Assembly: GCA_044233365.1 (NCBI GenBank)
Contig: JBIIKE010000001.1
Location: 1 to 37,080, forward strand
Origin: Bdellovibrionales bacterium
Lineage (GTDB): Bacteria > Patescibacteriota > Patescibacteriia > UBA9570 > XYC2-FULL-38-9
Length of the DNA stretch: 37,080 nucleotides
Direction of reading: 5' to 3'
Shown: piece after piece, positions 19,036-29,528 of the stretch
Position numbering within the stretch: the stretch's first letter is position 1
Layout: the number at the start of each line of letters is the position of its first letter
Position numbers and translations under genes: made by a program
Notes under the pieces: generated by a model
Database searches by the model: none
What the model saw: only the letters and a program-made list of their open reading frames with translations
Told to the model about the DNA's origin: nothing

Positions 19036-19434
19036 TTAAAATAATGACGCATCTGGTCGCAACTTCGAGCTTTTATATATCCCTGGCTCAAACGATTCTA
19101 GTCGCACAGCTTTTGCTTCCCACTCCGGCGGCAATTTCGCTTTTTGGTCATAGCCCAGCGCGATCACATCTGGCGCGACATCAGTGAGCACCTGCAAGTG
19201 CTTCCCCCACTCTTCATATCCAAGCCGTGCTTCATCAACCACTTCAAACTCCGCGACATTCTGCAAACGCACGTCTTCTGGGTTGTGTGGTCGTCGACCT
19301 TTTAGTCGCTCAACATTCGCGTCGCGCGCGACAACAACAACCAATCGATCGCCTAATTTCGCCGCTTCACGCAAAAAATATTCATGCCCTTTGTGAAAGA
19401 CGTCGTAGGTTCCAAATGCGAGCACTGTTTTCAT
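19036..19434 (-). CDS. Cytidylyltransferase-fold nucleotidyltransferase, RibL-like (archaeal-type FAD synthetase family)
   Basis: MKTVLAFGTYDVFHKGHEYFLREAAKLGDRLVVVVARDANVERLKGRRP has the (T/H)xGH nucleotidyltransferase motif and the RibL-like VVVARDxxVxxxKGRxP block. Start set at the ATG at 19434, 16 nt after the uvrB stop. Confidence 0.7.
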   Translation of the reverse strand: MKTVLAFGTYDVFHKGHEYFLREAAKLGDRLVVVVARDANVERLKGRRPHNPEDVRLQNVAEFEVVDEARLGYEEWGKHLQVLTDVAPDVIALGYDQKAKLPPEWEAKAVRLESFEPGIYKSSKLRPDASLF

Positions 19435-19449
19435 ACCAAAATACAATAA

Positions 19450-21495
19450 TTATCCACGCTTCTTTCGATTGCCAGACTTCGCTTGCTTCGCCAGTTTTTT
19501 CAAATCACCAAACCGCTGCCGAAAGACTGTTTCAAGTTCATCCAAATTGTCTCGCAAGCGTGCGGCTTCTTCAAACTCTAAATTCTCAGCAGCAAGATGC
19601 ATTCGCCCGCGCAACTCGTCGAGTACACGCACAAACTCTGGTTCCTCTAACCGATTTGTAATTTCTGGCGAAATTAATGAGTCATCCACTTCCTCAACTT
19701 TTTTCATTCCACTCAACCGATCATCTCGAATCGCTTTGACAATCGCAGCCGGCACAATATTGTGCTTTTTATTGTATTCCTCTTGCAGTGTACGTCGTCG
19801 ATTAATTTCATCCATCGCGCGTTGCATTGAGCCGGTAATCACATCTGCATACAAAATCGCCGTGCCTTCCAAATGCCGCGCCGCCCGCCCCATGGTTTGT
19901 GTTAACGCTGTTTCTGAACGCAAAAACCCTTCTTTGTCTGCGTCGAGAATCGCCACCAATGAAACCTCGGGCAAATCCAAACCTTCACGCAATAAGTTAA
20001 TGCCGATCAAGACGTCATATTTCCCAAGCCGCAAATCGCGCAAAATCTCAAGACGCTCCATATTATCAACATCAGAATGGATATATTGCACTGCAATGCC
20101 TTGCTCATTCAAATATTCCGTCAGCTCTTCGGCCATCTTTTTTGTCAGTGTTGTAATCAACGCTCTTTGACCATTTTCAATCCGCTCGCGCACACGCTCA
20201 ATCACATCTTTCACTTGCGAGCTAACCGGTTTCACAATAATTTTCGGCTCGGTAATTCCGGTTGGACGAATCAACTGCTCGGCAACCACACTTGTTTTCG
20301 CTTTTTCATATTTCCCTGGCGTTGCGGAGACATAAATTGTTTGCGGCATCCGCTGTTCAAATTCTGTAAATTGCAGTGGACGGTTATCGTATGCCCCGCT
20401 CACCCGAAAACCGTGATCAATCAACGATTCTTTCCGCGATCGATCACCGCCATACATCGCGCCAATTTGCGGAATGGTTTGATGCGACTCATCAATAATC
20501 AATAAATAATCATCCGCAAAATAATCCATCAACGTAAACGGTGGTGACCCCGGTTCGCGACCATCAAAATAACGCGAGTAATTTTCAATGCCGTTGACAT
20601 AGCCAACATTTTCAATCATTTCAAGATCAAACTTTGTGCGTTGCGACAAGCGTTGGGCTTCGACGAGTTTGCCAGCTTTTTCAAAGGCCGCCACTTCGGC
20701 TTTCATATCAGCGCGAATATTCTGAACCGCTTTTGCAAAATATTCATCTGCCGCTTGATACAGCGTTGCTGGAAAAATTGTCACTGTTTGAAAATTTCCA
20801 AACACCTCGCCAGTTAAGACATCAAATTCTGAAATTGCTTCGAGGTCGTTTCCGAAAAAATCAAACCGCAGCGCGCGATGTTCGCTCGACGTTTGAAAGA
20901 CTTCTACAATATCACCACGCACCCGAAAACTTCCGCGATGAAAATCAATATCGTTGCGGGAATATTGCATGTCAACAAGCGCAATCAGCAACTGTTCGCG
21001 GTTCAATCCACCGACCGACACGTCTTTACTGCCGGCCTTGTAACTTTCCGGCGAACCTAAACCATAAATACACGACACACTCGCGACAATAATTGTGTCG
21101 CGCCGCGTTAAAATTGATTGCACGGCCGCGTGCCGCAAACGATCAATCTCTTCATTGATGTCAGTTTCTTTTTCGATGTAGGTATCACTGCGTGCAATAT
21201 ACGCTTCTGGTTGATAATAATCGTAATAACTCACAAAATATTCAACCGCATTTTTCGGGAAAAATTCTCGAAATTCGCCAGCCAGTTGCGCAGCCAGGGT
21301 TTTGTTGTGTGAAATAATCAATGTTGGCTTTTGGGTCTGTGCGATCACATTCGCCATAGTGAATGTTTTTCCAGAACCAGTGACGCCCAATAAAATAGCG
21401 TCTTTTTCATCTGTTTGCACAGCATTCACCAGTGTTTTAATCGCTGTTGGCTGATCACCAGAGGGTTGAAAATTGCTTGCGAGTTCGAATTTCAT
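19450..21495 (-). CDS. uvrB: Excinuclease ABC subunit B
   Basis: GVTGSGKTFTMANVI (Walker A), the DESH box (IIDESHQTIPQ), helicase motifs, and the C-terminal UVR domain (EFEEAARLRDNL). Confidence 0.95.
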   Translation of the reverse strand: MKFELASNFQPSGDQPTAIKTLVNAVQTDEKDAILLGVTGSGKTFTMANVIAQTQKPTLIISHNKTLAAQLAGEFREFFPKNAVEYFVSYYDYYQPEAYIARSDTYIEKETDINEEIDRLRHAAVQSILTRRDTIIVASVSCIYGLGSPESYKAGSKDVSVGGLNREQLLIALVDMQYSRNDIDFHRGSFRVRGDIVEVFQTSSEHRALRFDFFGNDLEAISEFDVLTGEVFGNFQTVTIFPATLYQAADEYFAKAVQNIRADMKAEVAAFEKAGKLVEAQRLSQRTKFDLEMIENVGYVNGIENYSRYFDGREPGSPPFTLMDYFADDYLLIIDESHQTIPQIGAMYGGDRSRKESLIDHGFRVSGAYDNRPLQFTEFEQRMPQTIYVSATPGKYEKAKTSVVAEQLIRPTGITEPKIIVKPVSSQVKDVIERVRERIENGQRALITTLTKKMAEELTEYLNEQGIAVQYIHSDVDNMERLEILRDLRLGKYDVLIGINLLREGLDLPEVSLVAILDADKEGFLRSETALTQTMGRAARHLEGTAILYADVITGSMQRAMDEINRRRTLQEEYNKKHNIVPAAIVKAIRDDRLSGMKKVEEVDDSLISPEITNRLEEPEFVRVLDELRGRMHLAAENLEFEEAARLRDNLDELETVFRQRFGDLKKLAKQAKSGNRKKRG

Positions 21496-21557
21496 AGAAC
21501 TTTCAGCTTACTGCGAAAATAAAAAAAAGACAAACCTTTCTAGACCTAAGCACTATC

Positions 21558-22052
21558 TTAGGCGAGCTCTGTTAAAAACTCTTCAAACTCTGCCAGAGAG
21601 AGTGTTTGTACATTAGGATCGTGACCAGCTGTCGCAACACGCTCACCAGTGAGTTTGTCAGCATTTTCTGGAAGCGCTGCCCCAATAACAGGAAATGGTT
21701 TTTTTGGCGGGTAGTGTAGTGGGCGAAGGGTTGAACGCACCATCGACATGCGCCACTCCTCTTCTTCTCGCTCCCACATTTGTAGCGTTTTCAGGCATTG
21801 GTAGTGTTGCATTTGCATGCCATTTCTCGAAAACGACTCACCAAGAACCACGAGATATTGAGATGCGCAGAGTGTTTCGATCAATATATTTTGATAGGTA
21901 TCATGCCAGTCTGGTCCGTGGTCTTTTGAGAGAAAGTGGAGCGCCCGAGGAAATTGCTGCGGAGATCCATGTTGATAGATGAAATCGACAATTCGACGAG
22001 ACACCACTTCTATTTCTACTCGATGAACACCCACGCGAGTCTTATTCAACAA
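21558..22052 (-). CDS. Orphan protein (up to 164 aa) with an ambiguous non-ATG start overlapping the tyrS stop
   Basis: The ORF is open from a TTG at 22052. The first in-frame ATG is only at residue 78; GTG candidates are at residues 7, 16 and 17. No family recognised. Confidence 0.45.
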   Translation of the reverse strand: MLNKTRVGVHRVEIEVVSRRIVDFIYQHGSPQQFPRALHFLSKDHGPDWHDTYQNILIETLCASQYLVVLGESFSRNGMQMQHYQCLKTLQMWEREEEEWRMSMVRSTLRPLHYPPKKPFPVIGAALPENADKLTGERVATAGHDPNVQTLSLAEFEEFLTELA

Positions 22053-23298
22053 TCAACTTCGCAAAGCGACGTTTGCCAACTTGCAAGACATCGCCGTTTT
22101 TCACAGACACACTAGCTGTAATATCAGTCAGTTTTTCATCATTCAATTTCACACCACCTTGTTCGATCAATCGACGCGCTTCTCCGTTTGATGCAGCGAG
22201 ACCACTAGCAACAACCAACTCAACAACGTTCAACTCACCTGCCACACGCACTTCTGGGATATCATCTGGACGCTCCTTTTTTTGGAACTGGCTCACAAAT
22301 GCCTCTTGCGCGAGCTCTGCTGCAGCAGCGTCGTGATACATTTCAACAATTACTCGTGCGAGCTGCATTTTTGCATCGCGTGGATGCAATTCCCCGCTTT
22401 CAAGCTTCGCTTTTACAGCCTCAATTTCCGCATCAGACACATCTGTACACAATTTCCAATAACTTGGAATCAACTCATCTGCGAGTGACATCAACTTGCC
22501 GTACATCTCATTTGGCGCATCAGAAATTCCAACATAATTATCATAGGACTTACTCATTTTGCGGCCATCGAGCCCGAGCAACAATTCAAAGGTCAAAACA
22601 ATTTTTTCTTTCCCTGTTGCGGTTTTGAGCAAACTGCGGCCTGCGAGCATGTTAAACAATTGATCTGTTCCACCAACCTCAACATCAACGTCCATTGCAA
22701 CAGAATCGTAACCTTGCATGATCGGGTAAAAAAATTCATGGACATAAATCGGCTGACCGTTTTTCATCCGATTTTCAAACATATCACGCTCGAGCATTTG
22801 CTGCACCGTAAATTGACTCGCAAGCTGAATCACATCTTCAAACGACAATTTTCCAAGCCAATCCGCATTAAATGCCATAATAGCTGGTGTTTTTGCAGAT
22901 TCAGTAAAATCAATAATTTTCTGGACTTGCTCCCGATAGGTTTCTGCATTTTCCATCACTTGTTCTGTGCTGAGCGCTGTCCGAGCCGCGTCTTTGCCTG
23001 TCGGATCACCAATTCGACCAGTAAAATCACCAATTAAAAACACCACTTCATGCCCAAGGTCTTGCAACGCACGAAGAGCACGCAAAATCACCGCATGGCC
23101 AATATGCAAATCAGGTCGTGTTGGATCTGCGCCAATATACACCCGCATCTTCTCGCCGACCTCTAATTTTCGCACAAATTCCTCACGCGGAATCGCATCG
23201 ACAATCCCACGAAAAACCCGCCCTTGCATTTCGGCAGACGCTGGTGTAGCCTGGCCGCTCACCGCTTCAAACTGGGGTGTAAATAAATCGTTTTTCAT
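22042..23298 (-). CDS. tyrS: Tyrosine--tRNA ligase
   Basis: HIGH motif (PDLHIGHAV), KMSKS motif (GRKMSKSYDN) and a C-terminal S4-like domain (SNGEARRLIEQGGVKLN). Confidence 0.95.
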   Translation of the reverse strand: MKNDLFTPQFEAVSGQATPASAEMQGRVFRGIVDAIPREEFVRKLEVGEKMRVYIGADPTRPDLHIGHAVILRALRALQDLGHEVVFLIGDFTGRIGDPTGKDAARTALSTEQVMENAETYREQVQKIIDFTESAKTPAIMAFNADWLGKLSFEDVIQLASQFTVQQMLERDMFENRMKNGQPIYVHEFFYPIMQGYDSVAMDVDVEVGGTDQLFNMLAGRSLLKTATGKEKIVLTFELLLGLDGRKMSKSYDNYVGISDAPNEMYGKLMSLADELIPSYWKLCTDVSDAEIEAVKAKLESGELHPRDAKMQLARVIVEMYHDAAAAELAQEAFVSQFQKKERPDDIPEVRVAGELNVVELVVASGLAASNGEARRLIEQGGVKLNDEKLTDITASVSVKNGDVLQVGKRRFAKLIVE

Positions 23299-23363
23299 AC
23301 AAATAGTAACTGTACTTTTACTGCTGAATATACTAGCATAGGTACATCATTTGTCACAAAATT

Positions 23364-26177
23364 ATGCCAATCCCACATTTAGAATCATCCAAAAAAACTG
23401 ACGGCGATCACAGTCGAAAAACTCGTGCTGCGCAGCGATCAGGTGCAACTCCAAAAACAGAAAAAAAATCCACAAAGGGTTTTTTCAGCAAATTCAAACG
23501 CTCAAAAAAATCGTCTGATGAAAAAACAGACGCTTCAGAAAAGCGAAAACCTGGTCTCAAAGGCACAATTCAGCACTATTGGTCAAAACGCTGGGTGCGC
23601 ATTATCAGCTATATCCTCGCGACGCTGTTTATTCTTTTTATTGCGCTCATCATTGCCGCATTCTTGTGGGTTTCAAAAGATCTTGCCGATATTGCTGATC
23701 TTGAAAATCGTGCAATCACCCAAAGCACAAAAATTTACGCATCAGACGGAACAACTCTCCTCTATGAACTTGGTGACAACAAACGCCAAGACGTCGACAT
23801 TAAGGATATTAACTCTCACATTATCGACGCAACATTAATGTTAGAAGATCGACGCTTTTATGAACACGGAGGCTTCGATCCAATTGGACTCACTCGCGCT
23901 GTATTTTCAAATGCAACTGGCATTGGTGTTGGTGGCGGCGCTTCAACACTCACCCAACAATTTGTGAAAAATGCGGTTCTCACAAATGAACAAACCTACA
24001 CCCGAAAAGCGAAGGAAGTTATTCTTGCAACTCGGCTCGAACAAAAATACAGCAAAGATGAAATTCTGAACATGTATTTAAATGAAGTGTACTTTGGCCC
24101 AAACTATCAAGGGGTTGAAGCAGCATCACAATCCTATTTTAATAAATCTGCCAAAGACGTAACACTGTCTGAAGCGGCAATCCTTGCGTCACTGCCAAAA
24201 AATCCCGTTCGCTACCCGCGCGATCCAGAACGTCTCAAAACTCGCCGCGACTATGCGCTCGACGAAATGGCATCAGCAAAAAAAATCACTGAAGAAGAGC
24301 GCGATGCTGCAAAAGCTGAAGAAGTAAAAGTTCTCAACACAACTGTGACAGAAATCAAAGCACCACACTTTGTCTTCTATGTCATTGAAAAGCTTGATGA
24401 AGAGTATGGTCAGGTGAATGTTCGAAAAAACGGCTACAAAGTCATCACAACACTCGATTGGGATAAACAAGAAAAGGCGGAAAAAGCGATAGCTGATGGA
24501 ATTGGAAAAGTACAGCAATTCGGTGGAAGTAACGCGTCATTAGTATCGATTGAAGCGAAGACTGGAAAAGTCCTCGCCATGGTCGGTTCAAAAGATTATT
24601 ACGATAAAGACAATGATGGTGAGGTGAATGTTGCGACATCACTCCGTCAACCAGGCTCCTCAATCAAACCACTCGTCTACATGACTGGTTTTGAAAAAGG
24701 CCTGACACCTGACACAAAAGTCTGGAATGTTGAAACCGATTTCCCAACAGAAAGCGGAAATTATCGTCCGCGCAATTACAGCAACAATGAAACTGGATTA
24801 ATTGCGTTGCGTAATGCGCTGCCACAGTCACTAAACATTCCGGCTGTGAAAGTATTATATCTAGCTGGTATCGATAAAGTGCTCGATAACGCAGCCAAGG
24901 TTGGGTACACATCGTTGACGGACCGCAAGCGCTATGGTCTCGCGCTCACACTCGGCGGTGGTGAAGTCTCGTTACTTGAACACACTTCAGCCTTTGCAGC
25001 TTTTGCTCGTGAAGGAGAGCGTCATAAAATTGCCGTGATTAATACAGTCGAAGATCAAAGCGGGAAAATTGTCGACGAATGGAAAGATGAATCTGAACAA
25101 GCCTTGAACAAAGATGCGGTGAAAATATTGAACAGTGTGTTGTCAGATCAAGGATTGCGCCTTGGTGCTTTTGCAAAATTTGGTATTTCTGGAAAAACCA
25201 CAGCTGGAAAAACCGGAACAACAAATGACTTTCGCGATGCATGGGCAATGGGCTACACCCCATCAATCGCAACTGGTGTCTGGACTGGAAATAACGACAA
25301 CAGCGAAATGAAGTCTGGTGCTGACGGGTCTGTTATTGCATTGCCAATTTGGAATTCATACATGACAGCGGTTTTAAAAGACATGCCGAACGAACCATTT
25401 GCAAAAGCCTCTTGGAAAAATATCAACGATGCAGTGAGTGGCAACATCGAAAAAGAAGAAGAAAAATCATTTGATAAAGTTACAAAAGAGTTGATTCCAG
25501 ATACATGTCTCGCAAATTATCCAAAAGAATTTATTGAAAAAAAGAAAGTCAAAGAAGCACATTCGATTTTGTATTACCTCAATAAAGACGACTTTAAAGC
25601 GAGTCCTCGAAAAAACCCAGCCGATGATCCAATGTTTAATAACTGGGAAAAGGCGGTCCAAGAATATGTGAAGAAAAATAAACCGGACGAATATATTGTT
25701 ACGGATGACAAAGACAAAAAAGAAGTCGACTGCTCAATTCGAAGTAAAGAAGCCCAACCGGCGGTGACAATTTCATCTGTGACTGAGGGAGAAAGCTATC
25801 TCGCATCAGACATCACACTCGCAGCGTCAGTGAATCCAGGAAAAGGTCGTACGATTAAAACTGTCGAATTCTTTGTCGATAAAAAATCTGTCCAAACTAT
25901 TTCACCAAATGCAGCTGGTACAAAAACAATCACGTCATCATATAAAGGAAAATCACTCGACGTTGGTTCGCACACTATTAAAGTTGTTGTGACAGACGAT
26001 AAAGAAAATACTGCTGAGACGAGTGTAAAAATAAAAGTTGTTGAGAAAAAGGTGACTCCGACACCAAGCACGAACAGTAATACAAATTCCAACTCGAATT
26101 CAAATTCGAATAGTAATACAAACACGAACACAACAACTGAAGAGGTTCCTCTGACAAATGAAACTGTAACGGAATAA
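23364..26177 (+). CDS. Class A penicillin-binding protein (GT51 glycosyltransferase + transpeptidase) with an Ig-like and Asn/Ser/Thr-rich C-terminus
   Basis: GT51 motifs EDRRFYEHGGFD, GASTLTQQ and RKAKE. Transpeptidase motifs GSSIKP (SxxK) and KTGTTND. Lys-rich cytoplasmic N-tail plus a TM segment. C-terminal NSNTNSNSNSNSNSNTNTN tract. Confidence 0.9.
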   Translation: MPIPHLESSKKTDGDHSRKTRAAQRSGATPKTEKKSTKGFFSKFKRSKKSSDEKTDASEKRKPGLKGTIQHYWSKRWVRIISYILATLFILFIALIIAAFLWVSKDLADIADLENRAITQSTKIYASDGTTLLYELGDNKRQDVDIKDINSHIIDATLMLEDRRFYEHGGFDPIGLTRAVFSNATGIGVGGGASTLTQQFVKNAVLTNEQTYTRKAKEVILATRLEQKYSKDEILNMYLNEVYFGPNYQGVEAASQSYFNKSAKDVTLSEAAILASLPKNPVRYPRDPERLKTRRDYALDEMASAKKITEEERDAAKAEEVKVLNTTVTEIKAPHFVFYVIEKLDEEYGQVNVRKNGYKVITTLDWDKQEKAEKAIADGIGKVQQFGGSNASLVSIEAKTGKVLAMVGSKDYYDKDNDGEVNVATSLRQPGSSIKPLVYMTGFEKGLTPDTKVWNVETDFPTESGNYRPRNYSNNETGLIALRNALPQSLNIPAVKVLYLAGIDKVLDNAAKVGYTSLTDRKRYGLALTLGGGEVSLLEHTSAFAAFAREGERHKIAVINTVEDQSGKIVDEWKDESEQALNKDAVKILNSVLSDQGLRLGAFAKFGISGKTTAGKTGTTNDFRDAWAMGYTPSIATGVWTGNNDNSEMKSGADGSVIALPIWNSYMTAVLKDMPNEPFAKASWKNINDAVSGNIEKEEEKSFDKVTKELIPDTCLANYPKEFIEKKKVKEAHSILYYLNKDDFKASPRKNPADDPMFNNWEKAVQEYVKKNKPDEYIVTDDKDKKEVDCSIRSKEAQPAVTISSVTEGESYLASDITLAASVNPGKGRTIKTVEFFVDKKSVQTISPNAAGTKTITSSYKGKSLDVGSHTIKVVVTDDKENTAETSVKIKVVEKKVTPTPSTNSNTNSNSNSNSNSNTNTNTTTEEVPLTNETVTE

Positions 26178-26179
26178 CT

Positions 26180-26497
26180 CTATTCCCACTCCGCTTTCTC
26201 GCGCGGAATAATACACGAAATCCGAATCACTTCTGGGTGACCAATTTTTTCATTCAAAGCAGAAATAAACGCTTCACTCGACAACATCATCTCCTCAGAA
26301 ACAGCGGGATGAATCACTTCAATCATTAACGTCCGGTCTTTTATCGACACTGGTCGTGCGTGTTCGAGCGCACCTTCACCAAATCGCTCCAATACCAACT
26401 GGCGCGCATATTCAATGTATTGTGCCGCTTTTACTTGTGCACTCACTCCACCTTTTGAACCAATGTGCCGCTCAATATTAAACTTTTCAAATTTCAT
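26180..26497 (-). CDS. DUF721 / DciA-like protein
   Basis: A small protein immediately downstream of dnaN. The pattern ...AQYIEYARQLVLERFGEGALEHARPVSIKDRTLMIEVIHPAVSEEMML... fits DUF721. Start set at the ATG at 26497; the track's 26512 is a TTG. Confidence 0.6.
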   Translation of the reverse strand: MKFEKFNIERHIGSKGGVSAQVKAAQYIEYARQLVLERFGEGALEHARPVSIKDRTLMIEVIHPAVSEEMMLSSEAFISALNEKIGHPEVIRISCIIPREKAEWE

Positions 26498-26515
26498 CTC
26501 AGTGTTCAGCAACTA

Positions 26516-27628
26516 TTACTGCTTAATCGGCATGATCACCATAAAATACTGCACAGCTTCACTTACTGGCTTAAGCACCGCTGGCGCAGTCGCGTCAATA
26601 AAGTCCAATTGGATTGTATCACTACCAATATGTGCGAGCCCATCCAAAATATATCGATAATTAAACACAATCGTCAGCTCATCACCGGTAATCTGAGCTG
26701 TCATTTTCGAGACATTCTCACCGACTTGTGTATTCACTGACGTTACAGTCACACTTCCTTCTTTTGGTGACACATGAAAACTGACATCATGAATTCCAGT
26801 TTTACTAAATAGACTCGCTGACTTAATCGCTTGCACACATTGTGCAGTTTCCAAAATCACTGACGTTTTCTGATGCGTCGGCACAATCTGCTGATAATCT
26901 GGAAATGACACTTCAATTAACCGGCTGGTGTATTCCACATCTCCACAAACAAACAACACTTGCGAATCACTAAATACACACTTCACATCTGGATGCTCGG
27001 ATTCAGAAATAATCCGATTCAATTCAGCGAGTGCCCCAGATGGAATCACACACTGACGTTTACCTTCAACCTCTTTCTCGAGCGCTACAGTGGCCTCTGC
27101 GAGCCGATGACTATCTGTTGCTGCCATCACTAACGATTTTCCAGAAAACACCCACTGGACACCTGTAAGCTCAGGTCGTGATTGGTCATGACCAGCTGCG
27201 ACAATCACACGTGGTAGCGTCTGTTTCAACTCTTCAACATTCAAATTGCATTCAAATTGAGATTCAACCGTTGGAATCAATGGAAACTCACCAGAATTCA
27301 CACCCCGGATTTTCGTATTCTGACTTCCTGAGCTAATTGTCATTGATGCGTCGTCACATTCAATATCAACCCGATCACTCGAAAGTAGTGAAACATAACT
27401 ACTCACCACATGTGCTGGGACAGTAAAGCTTCCTTCCTGCTCCACTTTTCCGCGAATGACCACCTGGATACCAACCTCAAGATTTGTTGCTTTCAAGACA
27501 ATCTGTTCTCCTGAAGTTGTAATGAGAATATTTTGCAAGATAGGAAGTTGTGCATTCTTTGTTGCGATGTGTGAAACTAAAGATAAACCTTTTGCGAAGT
27601 TTGTTTTAGTACAGGAAAATTTCATCAT
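26516..27628 (-). CDS. dnaN: DNA polymerase III beta sliding clamp
   Basis: MKFSCTKTNFAKGLSLVSHIATKNAQLPILQNILI... Length of 370 aa, three-domain layout, and position downstream of dnaA. Confidence 0.9.
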   Translation of the reverse strand: MMKFSCTKTNFAKGLSLVSHIATKNAQLPILQNILITTSGEQIVLKATNLEVGIQVVIRGKVEQEGSFTVPAHVVSSYVSLLSSDRVDIECDDASMTISSGSQNTKIRGVNSGEFPLIPTVESQFECNLNVEELKQTLPRVIVAAGHDQSRPELTGVQWVFSGKSLVMAATDSHRLAEATVALEKEVEGKRQCVIPSGALAELNRIISESEHPDVKCVFSDSQVLFVCGDVEYTSRLIEVSFPDYQQIVPTHQKTSVILETAQCVQAIKSASLFSKTGIHDVSFHVSPKEGSVTVTSVNTQVGENVSKMTAQITGDELTIVFNYRYILDGLAHIGSDTIQLDFIDATAPAVLKPVSEAVQYFMVIMPIKQ

Positions 27629-27954
27629 ATAAAATTAATAAATAGATTGAGTTAACAATACCCATTATAAAGCCTGTGGACATCTGGATATCTCTTTTTA
27701 CCCTACTGGTTATTAACCAAAATGCAAACCGACCTGTGTACAGTCGCCGTATAACAATGTGAATAGAGATGGATAATTTACACAATCTGTGGACAATGTT
27801 TTTACGGTGTGCATCTTATGCACAGAAGTCAGTGTCTATCCACAGGTTTATCCAATACGTTATCAGCAATTACACGTGTGTTACACAGAGTATGTCCACA
27901 AGATGTTCACAGTATGAGGGTAAAAGTTGTAAGGAGCGTAGGCTGCTGAAGGTT
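27629..27954. other. oriC candidate (dnaA-dnaN spacer): DnaA-box cluster plus an AT-rich tract
   Basis: Boxes within 1 mismatch of TTATCCACA: TTGTCCACA (27788-27796, minus), TTATGCACA (27816-27824, plus), CTATCCACA (27836-27844, plus). Weaker boxes: 27675-27683, 27768-27776, 27848-27856, 27892-27900. AT-rich tract at 27629-27670. Confidence 0.6.
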
Positions 27955-29370
27955 TTATGAGTTGTAGAGCCGCTGTTTAATCATCGACACATCGTTTTCC
28001 ATTTTTTCGTCGATGTCGAGGAGTTGGGCGATTTTTTGATGTGCATGCATTGCGGTGGTGTGATCACGGCCACCAAGTTCGTCGCCAATATTTGGATAAC
28101 TTGCGTGAACCTCTTCACGCATTAAGTACATAGCGATTTGGCGCGGGACAACCAACTCTTTTTTACGACTATTACCTTTGATGTTTTCTAATGAGATGTC
28201 GAAATAATTCGCGACAGTGTCAATGACCTTTTTTGTGGTAATCGCATGTTTTTTTGGTGCCGGAGAAAATGATTGCAAAATCCCTTGAACTGATTCAATT
28301 GTTGGGGTTTTTTTGTTCAGTTCATGGTACGCAATCACGCGGTTGAGAGCACCTTCAAGTTCTCGAATATTATTTTGGACATTACTCGCGATAAACTGCA
28401 TGATTTCTGAGCGGATGTGATAGCCTTTTTCGCGACATTTCTGAGTGATAATCGCAATACGAGTCTCAAGGTCTGGTAGTGAGACATCAACAACCATACC
28501 ACCTTCAAAGCGTGATATTAAACGGTTTTCGAGGCTCGGAATCGCTCGTGGTGGGCGGTCTGAGGTCAGAATCACCTGCTTGTTGCCTTGTTGCAGGTGG
28601 TTAAAGGTGTGAAAGAATGCTTCTTGTGTCCCCTCTTTACCAGCGAGGAATTGAATATCATCAACCAAAAAGACATCAATACTGCGATATTTATTTTTGA
28701 ATTCGTCAGCGCGACCTTCACCAACACTTTTGATGTATTCGTTTGTGAAGGTTTCACAAGTGACATAGAGAATTTTTTTGTTTGGATCTTTGGCGAGAAT
28801 GGAATGGCCAACCGCTTGCATTAAATGAGTTTTTCCGAGGCCCACACCGCCGTAAATGAATAGCGGGTTATATGTTGTTCCCGGTTGATCAGAAATTGCA
28901 ATGCAGGCCGCGTGCGCGAGTTCATTTTTTTTACCGACGACGAAATTTTTAAAGGTGTAGCGTGGATTGAGGCCAAATAATGAACCAACATCGGCGGACT
29001 GTAAGGTTTGTTGCCCAGTTTTTTTGACACTATCAACAGTCTTTTTTTCCGTTGGCTGCTCAGTGGTTGGGGCGTGATCTTTTTCACCCTCAGCAGCTTC
29101 GTTATCAGCTCCTTCAAGTTTTTTTGTCCGGACTTGATAATGGACTGTTCGAATATCTTCTTCTGAGATGCGACGCATCGCTTTGAGGATTGCCGAGTGG
29201 TATTGTTTTTCCATCCAGGATTTCGTGAAGGCGCTCGGGACACCAACAACAACCTCTCCATTGTCCATTGAATAAATAAAAGTGTTTACAAACCAGGTAA
29301 TAAAATTTGGTTTGGAAATTTCGAGCTCGAGCTCGCCGAGGACGCCGTTCCAGAGTTCATCAGTGGTCAT
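27955..29370 (-). CDS. dnaA: Chromosomal replication initiator DnaA
   Basis: Walker A GGVGLGKTHLMQA, the AAA+ core, and a C-terminal DNA-binding domain (GGRDHTTAMHAHQKI). Start set at the ATG at 29370 (MTTDELWNGVL...); the track's 29412 is a GTG. Confidence 0.95.
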   Translation of the reverse strand: MTTDELWNGVLGELELEISKPNFITWFVNTFIYSMDNGEVVVGVPSAFTKSWMEKQYHSAILKAMRRISEEDIRTVHYQVRTKKLEGADNEAAEGEKDHAPTTEQPTEKKTVDSVKKTGQQTLQSADVGSLFGLNPRYTFKNFVVGKKNELAHAACIAISDQPGTTYNPLFIYGGVGLGKTHLMQAVGHSILAKDPNKKILYVTCETFTNEYIKSVGEGRADEFKNKYRSIDVFLVDDIQFLAGKEGTQEAFFHTFNHLQQGNKQVILTSDRPPRAIPSLENRLISRFEGGMVVDVSLPDLETRIAIITQKCREKGYHIRSEIMQFIASNVQNNIRELEGALNRVIAYHELNKKTPTIESVQGILQSFSPAPKKHAITTKKVIDTVANYFDISLENIKGNSRKKELVVPRQIAMYLMREEVHASYPNIGDELGGRDHTTAMHAHQKIAQLLDIDEKMENDVSMIKQRLYNS

Positions 29371-29426
29371 AATAGTATAGAGGGATGATATGGAAATAAT
29401 TTTGTTGTGCACGACCTACTATACCA

Positions 29427-29496
29427 TGTGGAAAACAATTGCTAAACACCTATAGGCAAGCAAACTTTTCCACCCCTGTGCACAGGGTGTGGATAG
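29427..29496. promoter_or_regulatory. Second DnaA-box cluster upstream of dnaA
   Basis: TTTTCCACA (29427-29435, minus), TTTTCCACC (29466-29474, plus) and CTATCCACA (29488-29496, minus). Confidence 0.5.
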
Positions 29497-29528
29497 AGTG
29501 TGTATGAGACTGCTTTGGAACTCACCGA

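Noticed and set aside
23299-23363. A T-box riboswitch upstream of tyrS
   Set aside because: Only 65 nt are available before the divergent PBP gene. That is too short for a T-box leader, and there is no specifier-loop or T-box sequence.
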